A stretch of DNA of 64,000 nt from Nanobdellota archaeon (GCA_038046385.1 JBBSWH010000005.1:32001-96000), one strand, 5' to 3'; counted from the first letter of the stretch, positions 47,009 through 56,432 are shown. A program made the numbers and translations. Notes: generated from the sequence alone by a model not told the origin.

Positions 47009-47410
47009 ATGGGAGTAGCAACAGAGCTGGAAAAGGGCAAGTATTTTCTTCACAACAACGAGCCTATGAGGGTTACAAGAAAAGAGGTTGTTGCTGTCGG
47101 AACGCATTCACACACCAAGCTCAAGATTTTCTATCAGGGAGTTGAAGGCAGGGGAGAAAAAACAATCATACTGGGGCATACTGATAAAGTAGATATTTTG
47201 GACATAACAAGAAAACAGGGACAAGTGATATCAAAAAACAACGACAAGGTGCAGATAATGGATCTTGTTTCGTATGAAGTGATGGAAGCAAAAGCAATTC
47301 CTGAAATAATGGATGATTTCAAAGAGGGATTGATTGTGACTTTTATAAATTTCAACGGAGACTGCAGGATTGTGGATATAAGGGGAAGCCAGAAAGAAGA
47401 ACATTCATGA
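47009..47410 (+). CDS. aIF5A-like paralogue lacking the hypusine lysine
   Basis: Aligns by eye with aIF5A (GTHSHTK vs GKHGHSK; RKQGQVIS, QIMDLVSYE); start at ATG 47009. Confidence 0.78.
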   Translation: MGVATELEKGKYFLHNNEPMRVTRKEVVAVGTHSHTKLKIFYQGVEGRGEKTIILGHTDKVDILDITRKQGQVISKNNDKVQIMDLVSYEVMEAKAIPEIMDDFKEGLIVTFINFNGDCRIVDIRGSQKEEHS

Positions 47411-47898
47411 AAAAAACTAATTCTAAATATATTGTTGTGAAAAAGTCAAAAATCCACAACAACGGGATTTTTGCAAAGAAAGATGTGCCAAAAGGAATTA
47501 AAGTACTGCAATATGTTGGAGAAAAAATAGACAAGACAGAAGGGGCAAAAAGAGAGGTACTGCAGGATAAGCTTGCAGCAAAAAACAAAAAATACGGAGT
47601 TGTTTATGTCTTTGAACTCGATAAGAAATGGGACATTGACGGGAGCTTTGAGTACAACACTGCAAAATACATAAACCATTCGTGCAATCCAAACTGCAGG
47701 ATAAGCATAAAAAACGGGGAGATATGGATAGTGTCAAAGAGAAGGATAAAAAAAGGGGAAGAGATAACTTATAATTATGGCTATGACTTCGAAGGAGGAG
47801 ACCATCATGAATGCAAGTGCGGATGCGGCAATTGCGTCGGGTACATACTTGATGAGGATCACTGGCCAAAGCTGAAAAGGGCTATTAAGGGGCAATAG
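47407..47898 (+). CDS. SET-domain protein-lysine methyltransferase
   Basis: GIFAK, YINHSCNPN, GEEITYNY, post-SET CKCGCGNC. Confidence 0.93.
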   Translation: MKKTNSKYIVVKKSKIHNNGIFAKKDVPKGIKVLQYVGEKIDKTEGAKREVLQDKLAAKNKKYGVVYVFELDKKWDIDGSFEYNTAKYINHSCNPNCRISIKNGEIWIVSKRRIKKGEEITYNYGYDFEGGDHHECKCGCGNCVGYILDEDHWPKLKRAIKGQ

Positions 47899-47899
47899 A

Positions 47900-48628
47900 A
47901 TGTCAAAAAAAATATCGCTAAAGCAGTATCTTATGAAGACTGGGAAGTTTGCAACAGTTTCCGATGCAGTTGAGTCAATACAGAAAGGCAAAGTCACATT
48001 AAACGGCAAAGCTGTTGTAATCCCTAATTATTTCTTTAATCCGGAAAAAACTCTCGTGAAGTGCGGCGATGAGAAAATAAAAAAGGTTTCAAAGCTTTAT
48101 TTTCTGATGAACAAGCCGGCAGGGTTAATCTGCCAGAAATCAGAGGACGAAAAAACAATTTATGATATTTTAAAATCAAAAGTTGATGAAAAGCACGTTA
48201 ATTCATTGTTTGCAGTCGGAAGACTGGACAAAGACACTGAAGGATTATTGATAATAACAAACGATGGAAAGCTGGCTGATACTATAATGCATCCTGCGCA
48301 CGAGATAACAAAAAAATATTTTGCCGTTCTTGAAAAGAATATTGACAAGAAAGACGCAATTGCGCTTGAAAAGGGAATAATAATTGAATTGGAAGATGAG
48401 CCGTACAAGACAAAGCCTGCAAAAATAAGAATTGTGAAAGAAAAAGAAATTTATGTTTCCATAACAGAAGGGAAAAAAAGACAAGTTAAGAGGATGTTTG
48501 AATCAATAGGAAACAGAGTAGTGCATCTGAAAAGGGTTTCAATCGGGGGAGTGTCGCTTGGAAAGATTGAAACAGGAGAAATAATGCAGGTTTCAAGGGA
48601 AGAATTAGTGCAGATGCTTGAATTATAA
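47900..48628 (+). CDS. RsuA/RluB-family rRNA pseudouridine synthase
   Basis: S4-like N-terminus, NKPAG, VGRLDKDTEGLL, EGKKRQVKRMF. Confidence 0.92.
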   Translation: MSKKISLKQYLMKTGKFATVSDAVESIQKGKVTLNGKAVVIPNYFFNPEKTLVKCGDEKIKKVSKLYFLMNKPAGLICQKSEDEKTIYDILKSKVDEKHVNSLFAVGRLDKDTEGLLIITNDGKLADTIMHPAHEITKKYFAVLEKNIDKKDAIALEKGIIIELEDEPYKTKPAKIRIVKEKEIYVSITEGKKRQVKRMFESIGNRVVHLKRVSIGGVSLGKIETGEIMQVSREELVQMLEL

Positions 48629-49603
48629 TCAAGATTTTTCTAATTCCAATGGAAACCAATTTACGCTATGCTCATATAAGATAAAAATGTCATGATCCAC
48701 AATAGATTCAGAAAATTTTTCTTTGATATTATTCAATATGGATCTTAAATCCTTCATTGTCTCAACAGCAAATTCCAGAGCCAGATCATATCTTCCCAAT
48801 GTCACTGTCGCGAATGTTGCCCTATCATCCTGTGAAGCATAGCTTATCATGCTTTCGAGCATGGAATGGTTTTTCAGGCTGAAATTAATCTGGAAATGCT
48901 GCAGCCCGAGCTTCTCAAAATCTATCTCCAGCACATGCGTTCCAATTATTTTTTCATTTCTTAATTTACGAATGCGATATTTGACCACATTTGTTTCTGT
49001 TTTAGTTATCTTTGCTAAGTCTATGAGGCTTATACGCGCATTTTTAGCCAATTCCTTTATTATTGCATAGTCGATTTCGTCAAGATTTGTTTCTTTCAGC
49101 TCCACTGGGTATTTTGTATGCAGCAATTTGCCGTTTTCATAAAAAAACCTAAAGTTAAACCTGTGGACAGCAGGCATCGTCAGAATTTCCTGCTCTAGAA
49201 TATAGTCCCCAAATTTTTCCCTGAATGGGACCAAAAATTTATATAAATCCCTCATGTCCTTTGCGAGAATAAGGAATGTGATGTTGTATCTTCCCTCAGT
49301 GCTTGCAAAATATGCTATTGATTTGCAATTCTGGATGAAGGAAATAATTTCGCCGTCAATTTTTGGATTTGTCTTGTGGAACTTGTAAAACAGCTTATAG
49401 TAGAACCTATTAAGGTGTGATATGTTCATTGTTGTTATGAAATTTTTTATATATCCTTCTTCCATGAGCCTGTTTACGCGAAACCTTGCTGTTTCTTTGG
49501 CTATGCGCAGTTTTTTGGCCAGTTCTTTGTAGGGCTGCCTGCTGTTTATGTCAAGCTCGTATAATATTTTCCTATCCAACAGGTCTAATGAATATTTCTT
49601 CAT
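48629..49603 (-). CDS. Tandem-duplicated Lrp/AsnC-family regulator
   Basis: Two LDxxDxxIxxEL..N.R HTH modules, each followed by a RAM-like domain (GRY). Confidence 0.88.
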   Translation of the reverse strand: MKKYSLDLLDRKILYELDINSRQPYKELAKKLRIAKETARFRVNRLMEEGYIKNFITTMNISHLNRFYYKLFYKFHKTNPKIDGEIISFIQNCKSIAYFASTEGRYNITFLILAKDMRDLYKFLVPFREKFGDYILEQEILTMPAVHRFNFRFFYENGKLLHTKYPVELKETNLDEIDYAIIKELAKNARISLIDLAKITKTETNVVKYRIRKLRNEKIIGTHVLEIDFEKLGLQHFQINFSLKNHSMLESMISYASQDDRATFATVTLGRYDLALEFAVETMKDLRSILNNIKEKFSESIVDHDIFILYEHSVNWFPLELEKS

Positions 49604-49700
49604 ATTATTGGTTAAAATGAAATTTTGTTTATAAATTTTTTCATTTTAATTGTTTTTTGGATAAGAATATTGATATATCTATCAATATATTTACTACTAT

Positions 49701-50558
49701 ATGATGACAGATAGTATAGGAAAAAATGTCAACCTCATAGGATGGATGGACAATTTTTATAGTACTGCTCCCTGTGAAGTCAGACTGGAAGGGCTTGAGA
49801 GCAGGATAATAAAAGCGTCAAATCCAAGCGGGCTGCTTGATTTGTTTAACCCTAATGCAGAAAGGATTGCGACACTGGGAGAAATAGCCACTGCAAGAGT
49901 AATTGCACTTGATTATTTATTTGAAATGGTTCCTAATTTAAGCGATATGTTTGCAATAAGTCATATCTGCAAACTCGATAGTGTGATTGACATTGACCAA
50001 GCAATGCTTGGAAGAATCCTGAAAGCATTTGTAAGATATCCTGAAATATTCGGAATATGGCAGGAAAGATTGACTGCATCAACGCATATGGTAAGGGGGA
50101 TTGATGACAATCAAGATAAAATTTTCTTTGCCGATGGAAATAAATTTGATAGAACTATTGACTACAAAAAAGCATTGGAAGGAGAATTATCAGATGGTGG
50201 AATACGCTATGGCGATGAAACTCTAAGTAATATGGCTGATAAGTCTTACTCCTCTTTATCACTTGCGTCTTATTTGGATGCAAAAGGCGGAAAATTCAAT
50301 GGCTCAGAATTATTTAATCATCCAATATTCAAGGCAGCTTTGAATGATGATGCGCTTAGAAGCCAGTATGTATTGGCACTGCAGTTGCTTGATTTTGTAA
50401 GCATTCATGATGCAGGAAGATATGCACTTTGGCGTCCTGGTGGAATGAAACCAGGATTTGGGAGGCAGATATCTCTTGGATATAAAGGCGAGACATTCTA
50501 TCCGCCGAATAATGACACAGTAGGACATGCTGCACTAGTATTACCAATAAAATCCTGA
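49701..50558 (+). CDS. Hypothetical protein
   Basis: 285-aa ORF divergent from the Lrp gene; no recognised motif. Confidence 0.65.
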   Translation: MMTDSIGKNVNLIGWMDNFYSTAPCEVRLEGLESRIIKASNPSGLLDLFNPNAERIATLGEIATARVIALDYLFEMVPNLSDMFAISHICKLDSVIDIDQAMLGRILKAFVRYPEIFGIWQERLTASTHMVRGIDDNQDKIFFADGNKFDRTIDYKKALEGELSDGGIRYGDETLSNMADKSYSSLSLASYLDAKGGKFNGSELFNHPIFKAALNDDALRSQYVLALQLLDFVSIHDAGRYALWRPGGMKPGFGRQISLGYKGETFYPPNNDTVGHAALVLPIKS

Positions 50559-50579
50559 ATTTAATTTTTATTCAGCAAC

Positions 50580-50619
50580 CTTTATATGAAGAAAATCAAA
50601 GATTTTCTAATATAAAAGT
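50580..50619 (+). repeat. 40-bp palindromic dispersed repeat, copy 2
   Basis: 37/40 match to the reverse complement of 26109-26148. Confidence 0.75.
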
Positions 50620-50670
50620 TCGAACTGAGTTCGATACTTTTATAAAACGACTTCTTATACTAAATGCTAT

Positions 50671-50845
50671 AGCGGGGTAGGGCAGCCAGGAGTGCCCGAT
50701 GAGGTTGCTTATGAATAAGAAGCAGCCGCGGAAGGCTCATAAGCACATCGAAATGCCTTAGACACCCATACCAGCCTCTAAAGCTGGGGTTAAAGGTCGG
50801 AAGTTCAAAAACCATTAATTTGGTCTGGAAGTCTTCCCCCCGCTA
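50671..50845 (+). tRNA. Initiator tRNA-Met(CAT) with four introns (50702-50733, 50742-50763, 50770-50793, 50810-50831)
   Basis: Joined exons give a 75-nt cloverleaf AGCGGGG..ATGGG-CTCATAA-CCCAT-AGGTC-GGAAG-TTCAAAT-CTTCC-CCCCGCTA with A1-U72 and three G-C anticodon-stem pairs. Confidence 0.88.
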
Positions 50846-50890
50846 CTTTTCTTCACAAAGCTTTTATAACAATATCGTTCTACAGCTTTT

Positions 50891-51565
50891 ATGATAATCT
50901 GCGGTATTGATGAAGCTGGTCGCGGTCCATTAATCGGCCCTATGGTGATGGCCGGCGTTCTGATAGATGAAAAAGACGAGGCTAAATTCAAGGCTATCGG
51001 TGTAAAAGATTCTAAACTGCTAACCCCTTTCCAAAGAAAAGACCTATTTGACAAAATAAAATCCATTTCTAAAAAATACAAGATAATAATTGTGCAGCCT
51101 GATGAAATAGATGATGCTGTTTTTGGAAAAGGTGGATTAAACCTAAACTGGCTTGAAGCAAACACTTCTGTAAAAATACTAAATGAACTAAATCCTGAAA
51201 AGGCAATAGTTGATGCTCCGAGCCCGAACATAAAAAAATACACAGAATACATAAGAGAAAAGCTTGACAACAAAAAGGTGAAGCTTGTTTTGGAACATAA
51301 GGCGGATGTTAATTATCCTGTTGTCGGCGCAGCTTCGATTCTTGCAAAAGTCACAAGGGACAATGAAATCGAGAAAATAAAAAAGCAGATTGGAATTGAC
51401 TTTGGAAGCGGGTACATGTCTGATCCAAAAACGTCTGAGTTCTTGAAAAAACACCACAATAAATTTCCCGAGATTTTCAGGAAGAGCTGGGCGCCCTATC
51501 AGAAGATTGCAGACAAAAAGATGCAGAAAAATTTATCTGATTTCTCCAAATTCATTAAAGAGTAA
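50891..51565 (+). CDS. rnhB: Ribonuclease HII
   Basis: GIDEAGRGP, VKDSK, KAD, AASILAKV, GSGY. Confidence 0.96.
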   Translation: MIICGIDEAGRGPLIGPMVMAGVLIDEKDEAKFKAIGVKDSKLLTPFQRKDLFDKIKSISKKYKIIIVQPDEIDDAVFGKGGLNLNWLEANTSVKILNELNPEKAIVDAPSPNIKKYTEYIREKLDNKKVKLVLEHKADVNYPVVGAASILAKVTRDNEIEKIKKQIGIDFGSGYMSDPKTSEFLKKHHNKFPEIFRKSWAPYQKIADKKMQKNLSDFSKFIKE

Positions 51566-51601
51566 GAAAGATTTAAATAATATTAAAAATAGAATTTTTT
51601 A

Positions 51602-52153
51602 ATGCACGACATAGTAAAAAGGGATATCCTAAGCGTACTCACCAGATTATCTGAGATAATAAAGATAAAAAATGATACTGATTTTCTTGAATTAAAAGAG
51701 TTGAGCAACCACGTCATACACAATGCGAGCGTTTTCCAGGATGAGGATTCTGTTTCTGTAGCAGTTTTGATATATGCGCTGTCAAAGATAATAGAGAGGC
51801 AGCAGAACTTTGACTATGCGAGGGTCTTTGGCATGGTGGAGTCCTGCATTGCTAATTTATTAAACGGCAATGACGAAGGATTCAGGAAGTCAATAAAAGA
51901 GATATTCAGCTTCATAAGAACTGTTGATAACAAGCTCAGGATGTACATCAACGAAGTCATCAACCAGGCGCAGATAAAGAAAGGCTGTAAATTGTGCGAG
52001 CACGGAATATCTGTCGCGAGAGCTGCTGAAGTGCTTGGAATATCGCAATGGGAATTGATGCATTACCTTGGAAAGACTATGATTATGGACCAGATCAGCG
52101 AGCCTGTTAATGTATCCCAAAGGTTAAAATTTGCAAGAGGGCTGTTTTCATGA
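51602..52153 (+). CDS. Hypothetical protein with C-terminal HTH-like segment
   Basis: GISVARAAEVLGISQWEL. Confidence 0.7.
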   Translation: MHDIVKRDILSVLTRLSEIIKIKNDTDFLELKELSNHVIHNASVFQDEDSVSVAVLIYALSKIIERQQNFDYARVFGMVESCIANLLNGNDEGFRKSIKEIFSFIRTVDNKLRMYINEVINQAQIKKGCKLCEHGISVARAAEVLGISQWELMHYLGKTMIMDQISEPVNVSQRLKFARGLFS

Positions 52154-52839
52154 AATCAATAATTTTTGATGCCGGCCCGATAATAAGCCTTGCAACAAAC
52201 AACCTGTTGTGGATACTGGACCCACTAAAGAAAAAATTCAATGGAAAATTCTACATAACAGACGCTGTAAAAAGAGAGCTTGTTGACAAGCCGTTTGAAA
52301 CAAAAAAATTCAAGTTTGAAGCTATACAGGTTGAGAAGCTTATAGAAGAAGGCGTTATTGATGTCATAGACAGCGGAATGGTAAGGCAGCAAACTCCGCT
52401 TTTGCTCGACAAGGCAAATCAAACTTTCAAGGCATACAAAAATTATATGAAAATAGTGCATTATGCTGAAATGTCTGTTATTGCTGCAGCCATTGAGATA
52501 AAGGCAGACGCCATTGTGATAGACGAGAAAACAACAAGATTTCTTATAGAAGACCCTGAAAACCTAGTAGAGATATTTAAAAAAAACCTGCACACAAGGA
52601 TAGACGTAAACGAAAGTAATTTAAAAGAATTCAGAGCATCTGCAAAAGGGGTAAAAACCATAAGATCTGTGGAGCTTGTGGCAATTGCATTTGAGCACTC
52701 GATACTTGACACTTATATGACAAAGCTGCCAAATGCCAGAGCGCAATTGCTGGAAAGTGTCTTGTGGGGTGTAAAGCTCAACGGGTGCGCTGTTTCAAAA
52801 GACGAGATTAGCCAGATAATGAAGCTGGAGTTAAAATGA
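52150..52839 (+). CDS. PIN-domain-like protein
   Basis: IIFDAGPII, VKREL, AE, IVIDE acidic pattern. Confidence 0.7.
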   Translation: MKSIIFDAGPIISLATNNLLWILDPLKKKFNGKFYITDAVKRELVDKPFETKKFKFEAIQVEKLIEEGVIDVIDSGMVRQQTPLLLDKANQTFKAYKNYMKIVHYAEMSVIAAAIEIKADAIVIDEKTTRFLIEDPENLVEIFKKNLHTRIDVNESNLKEFRASAKGVKTIRSVELVAIAFEHSILDTYMTKLPNARAQLLESVLWGVKLNGCAVSKDEISQIMKLELK

Positions 52840-53927
52840 TAAAAAAAGAGGAAGATTTTCAGATTGATTTTGTAGTGCCGCAGGTGCCTGCATCTACTGC
52901 TATTCCTAATTTCTGCGTTGCGATGCTGAAGAACGGCAGCACTGTAAAAGTCGAAGGGACCGTTGAAGAATTGATTCCTACAATAAATGACTCTGATTTC
53001 TGCTGGGTTAACATACAAGTTAGCAATCTGAAAGAAGGCAGCAAGAAAGTATGCTCTTTGCTTGGATTCAAAACATCAACAATTGATGAGCTGATGTCCC
53101 AAAGGTTTTCCGGATATGACGACAATGTCACAGAGCTTGGATTGCTGCTGCCGGCAGTGAAGGTGACTGAGCTTGAAGTTGAGATAAACCAGCTGATTAT
53201 CCTGATAAAAAATAACATGATAATCACTATCCACGGCGAGCACGTAACAAGACTTTTAAAATTCGCAAGATATGCTGTAACTTTCTTCAAAAAAGTTCCA
53301 AAAAACCTTGAAGCTACTGACAAGATATCGCTTGTCCTGATAAGAATACTTGACGAGAACAATGAAAGAAATTTTGACGGGATAAGGTCTATACAGGAGC
53401 AGGGAGAGCTGATAAGCAAATACCTTATTGAAACAACCGGCTTCAGGAAGGAGCTTGGAAGCGATATATACAAGATGAAGCATGCCTTGATTTCATATCT
53501 TGAGGCATTGTGGGCATCGCTTGATGTCATACACTATCTTAGATACGGAGATGCAGAACTTATAACTGATGATTCTGTGATATTGCAAAAAGTCGGCATG
53601 CTTAGCACAGACTTGACAAGGCAGATTTCCATCAGTGAGCAGATGTCAACGGTGCTTGCATCCGGCCTTGAAGTGATGCAAAGCATTTACAACAACCAGC
53701 TGACTATGCTCAACAACAGATTTTCCATGCTTGCAGTATGGATGGCATTGGTCGGAACTGCATTCTTAGTTCCAAATACCATAGCAACTGTTTTTGGAAC
53801 GCCGATTGCAGAGCATCTGGACTGGCACACCCAATTATGGATTATAATTACTTCAACTCTGGCGGCAGTGCTTATTGTATACTGGCTTATGAAAAGAAAG
53901 GGAATATTCCCAAAAATGGAGCAATAA
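52836..53927 (+). CDS. CorA-family divalent cation transporter
   Basis: Soluble funnel domain plus two C-terminal TM helices; signature GMN replaced by GTP. Confidence 0.8.
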   Translation: MIKKEEDFQIDFVVPQVPASTAIPNFCVAMLKNGSTVKVEGTVEELIPTINDSDFCWVNIQVSNLKEGSKKVCSLLGFKTSTIDELMSQRFSGYDDNVTELGLLLPAVKVTELEVEINQLIILIKNNMIITIHGEHVTRLLKFARYAVTFFKKVPKNLEATDKISLVLIRILDENNERNFDGIRSIQEQGELISKYLIETTGFRKELGSDIYKMKHALISYLEALWASLDVIHYLRYGDAELITDDSVILQKVGMLSTDLTRQISISEQMSTVLASGLEVMQSIYNNQLTMLNNRFSMLAVWMALVGTAFLVPNTIATVFGTPIAEHLDWHTQLWIIITSTLAAVLIVYWLMKRKGIFPKMEQ

Positions 53928-53958
53928 TAATATAAATCAGCAGGATAACTCAAATAAA

Positions 53959-54063
53959 ATGGAACAAAATAATGAGAATGGAATGTCAGAATTGAAGATT
54001 GCTGTAACCTGCTTTATTGCCATTGTAATAATAATAATTGGGCTTGCATTAATCATCAAATAG
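53959..54063 (+). CDS. Small single-TM protein (34 aa)
   Basis: MEQNNENGMSELKIAVTCFIAIVIIIIGLALIIK. Confidence 0.45.
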   Translation: MEQNNENGMSELKIAVTCFIAIVIIIIGLALIIK

Positions 54064-54120
54064 GGATTTCTTCAGCATGGTTCAGTTAATTATATAAATA
54101 ACAATAATCAAAGCTAGCAC

Positions 54121-54789
54121 ATGGATGTCTTTGACTGCATAAGAACAAGAAGATCTATAAGGAGATACAAAGAGAAGGATGTCCCTTGGGATAATATTGT
54201 GGAAGTTCTCCAAGCCGGCAAATACGCGCCTTTTGCAGGAAATATTCTTCCTTGTAAATTTGTTGTCGTGAAGAATGAGGCAAAAAGAAGGAGCATTGCT
54301 GAAGCGTGCTTGCAGCAGCACTGGATGCAGGACGCCTCTGTGCATATTGTAGTTGCTGCAGAGCCGGAAAAGATTGAAAGGTTTTACGGCACACGCGGAA
54401 CACGGCTGTACATGGTGCAGGGAATTGCAGCTGCGATTGAGAATATGCTGCTTACTGCGCATTCGCTTGGCCTTGGATCCTGCTGGGTCGGCGCCTTTGA
54501 TGAGGATGAAATTAGAAGATTGTGTAATTTACCCGAGCATGTTGATGTTCATGCTATTGTCACAATAGGCTATGCGGATGAAACGCCTCAAATGCCGCCA
54601 AAGTACAGAATTGAGCATACGATGTTCTTTGAGAGATGGTGGGGCAGGCAGGAATCTCCCAAAGGCGGGCTTGGTGAATGGAGCCCGGTGTTCAAGAAGG
54701 CTGCTACAGAAACTTCTAAAATTACTAAGAAGCACTCTAAGGGAATTGTCCACAGGATAAAAGAGAAGTTCAAGAAGAAGAAAGAATAA
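54121..54789 (+). CDS. Nitroreductase-family protein
   Basis: RRSIRRY, APFAGN, AHSLGLGSCWVG. Confidence 0.9.
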   Translation: MDVFDCIRTRRSIRRYKEKDVPWDNIVEVLQAGKYAPFAGNILPCKFVVVKNEAKRRSIAEACLQQHWMQDASVHIVVAAEPEKIERFYGTRGTRLYMVQGIAAAIENMLLTAHSLGLGSCWVGAFDEDEIRRLCNLPEHVDVHAIVTIGYADETPQMPPKYRIEHTMFFERWWGRQESPKGGLGEWSPVFKKAATETSKITKKHSKGIVHRIKEKFKKKKE

Positions 54790-55007
54790 AGTTTTTTGAT
54801 TATTTTCTTTAATATTAATTTTTAATTATATTTTATTGAATTTTATTTTTTAATGTTGTTCGTTATTGATTTTTTGTTAATGTGTTTCGTTTATTGAGTC
54901 GTTTTTATTTTTCCGTCCCTTCGGGACAAAAGTTACGCTCGCTGCATTGCTCGCCTATTAATTGTAAAAATGTAGAATTATTTCTATGCTCTAAATAAAA
55001 AAATTGG

Positions 55008-55109
55008 GGCTCGTTGCCGAGCCACCGCTTGCCTTCGTCATTAAAACGTTGGGGGTGGTTTTCTTAACGAAGGCAAAGAAACAATCTCACCACAAAGACT
55101 TGTGGGTGA
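55008..55109 (-). ncRNA. Candidate structured RNA in ftsZ 3' region
   Basis: Three consecutive hairpins, the last with a GCAA tetraloop, followed by a T-run. Confidence 0.4.
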
Positions 55110-55119
55110 ATGTGAGTTT

Positions 55120-56184
55120 TTACCTTACCAGTTCTATTCCTAATTCTTCGCTTACAGCTACAGCCGCCTTTGAAGGCCTTGCATGATCAACCTTGCCAAG
55201 AACCCAGGGGCTCTTGACTCCGGTGATTATTGTCATGACACTGATCTTGCCTTTCATGTCTTCTGAAACTCTTGCACCCCAGATGACATTTGCTTCTTCG
55301 TCAAGAGACTCTGTGACAAGCTCTCCGACTCTGTTGATATCATCAAGTGTCATATCAGGCCCGCCGGTTACGTGAATCAATGCGCCGGTTGCGCCAGTGT
55401 AGTCAACTTCAAGCAGTGGATTGGCTAAAGCGCCTCTTACAGCTTCTTCCACTCTGCTGTTAGTATCGGACATTCCGACTCCGATTACTGCAACCCCGCC
55501 GTTTTGCATTATTGCCTTTACATCAGCATAATCCAGATTGACAAGTGAAGGAACCGATATAGTTTCCACTATTCCTTTGATCATTGTTGAAACAAGCTCG
55601 TTTGCAACAGCAAATGCCTGCTGTATTGGCAGATTTCCTGCAATCTGAACAAGCCTGTTGTTGTCAATAACTATTACTGTGTCAGTTACCTGCCTTAGTT
55701 TCTGCAATCCGTATTCTGCTTTGTCAATTCTTGCGCGCTCTATCTTGAACGGCATTGTGACAGCTCCAATTACGATTGCGCCTGATTCTTTTGCAAGCTG
55801 TGCAGCAATAGGTGCAGCTCCTGTTCCTGTTCCGCCGCCCATGCCTGCGCAAACAAAGACCATATCAGCTCCTTTTAAGCTGTCTTTCATTTCTTTCAAG
55901 GATTCCTTTGCAGCTTCAGCTCCCTTTTCAGGATAGCCACCGCAGCCTAATCCCCTTGTAACACTTTTCCCAATGAGGAATTTTTTATCAGCGTCAATTA
56001 TGTTCAAATGCTGCTTGTCTGTGTTGCAAGCAATTATTTCTGCTCCCTGTATTCCTTTTTTATAGAGCCATCCCACAATATTGTTGCCAGAGCCGCCAAC
56101 ACCAATAACTTTGATGTTTGCCTGTCCTACTTCAAATGTCTGTGCTGCCACAGGTTGCGTTATCTCTCCAAATCTGATGTCCAT
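55120..56184 (-). CDS. ftsZ: Cell division protein FtsZ
   Basis: VIGVGGSGNN, GMGGGTGTGAAP, NLDYADV. Confidence 0.97.
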   Translation of the reverse strand: MDIRFGEITQPVAAQTFEVGQANIKVIGVGGSGNNIVGWLYKKGIQGAEIIACNTDKQHLNIIDADKKFLIGKSVTRGLGCGGYPEKGAEAAKESLKEMKDSLKGADMVFVCAGMGGGTGTGAAPIAAQLAKESGAIVIGAVTMPFKIERARIDKAEYGLQKLRQVTDTVIVIDNNRLVQIAGNLPIQQAFAVANELVSTMIKGIVETISVPSLVNLDYADVKAIMQNGGVAVIGVGMSDTNSRVEEAVRGALANPLLEVDYTGATGALIHVTGGPDMTLDDINRVGELVTESLDEEANVIWGARVSEDMKGKISVMTIITGVKSPWVLGKVDHARPSKAAVAVSEELGIELVR

Positions 56185-56377
56185 TTTAATCTCCCCCTTT
56201 GTCCCTAGCCATTGCGGTTGTATATATCACAACATAAACATCGGATTACCGAAATGCTTATATTGCCCCTCCACTAAACTCCATTTAGAATTAGCTTATG
56301 CCAATAAGCTGGTTTAAAACCGTTTTATAGTTTTTAACGTACAAGAAAACTAGATAGTACAAAACAAGTCCGATTTG

Positions 56378-56432
56378 AGCTGCTTTTCGCCAAAAAAGCT
56401 GCTTTAGTTGAGTTTTTCGCCAAAAAAACTCA
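56378..56432 (-). promoter_or_regulatory. Twin hairpins/direct repeat upstream of ftsZ
   Basis: TTTTCGCCAAAAAA at 56384 and 56414 (30-bp period), each inside a different inverted repeat. Confidence 0.5.

Noticed and set aside
52859-53530. Long antisense ORFs (e.g. 223 aa here, 194 aa at 8539, 152 aa at 50815)
   Set aside because: Antisense shadows of well-supported genes with no recognisable motifs
54790-54912. Very T-rich low-complexity tract
   Set aside because: Lies between convergent genes; consistent with terminator or low-complexity DNA, with no periodic repeat
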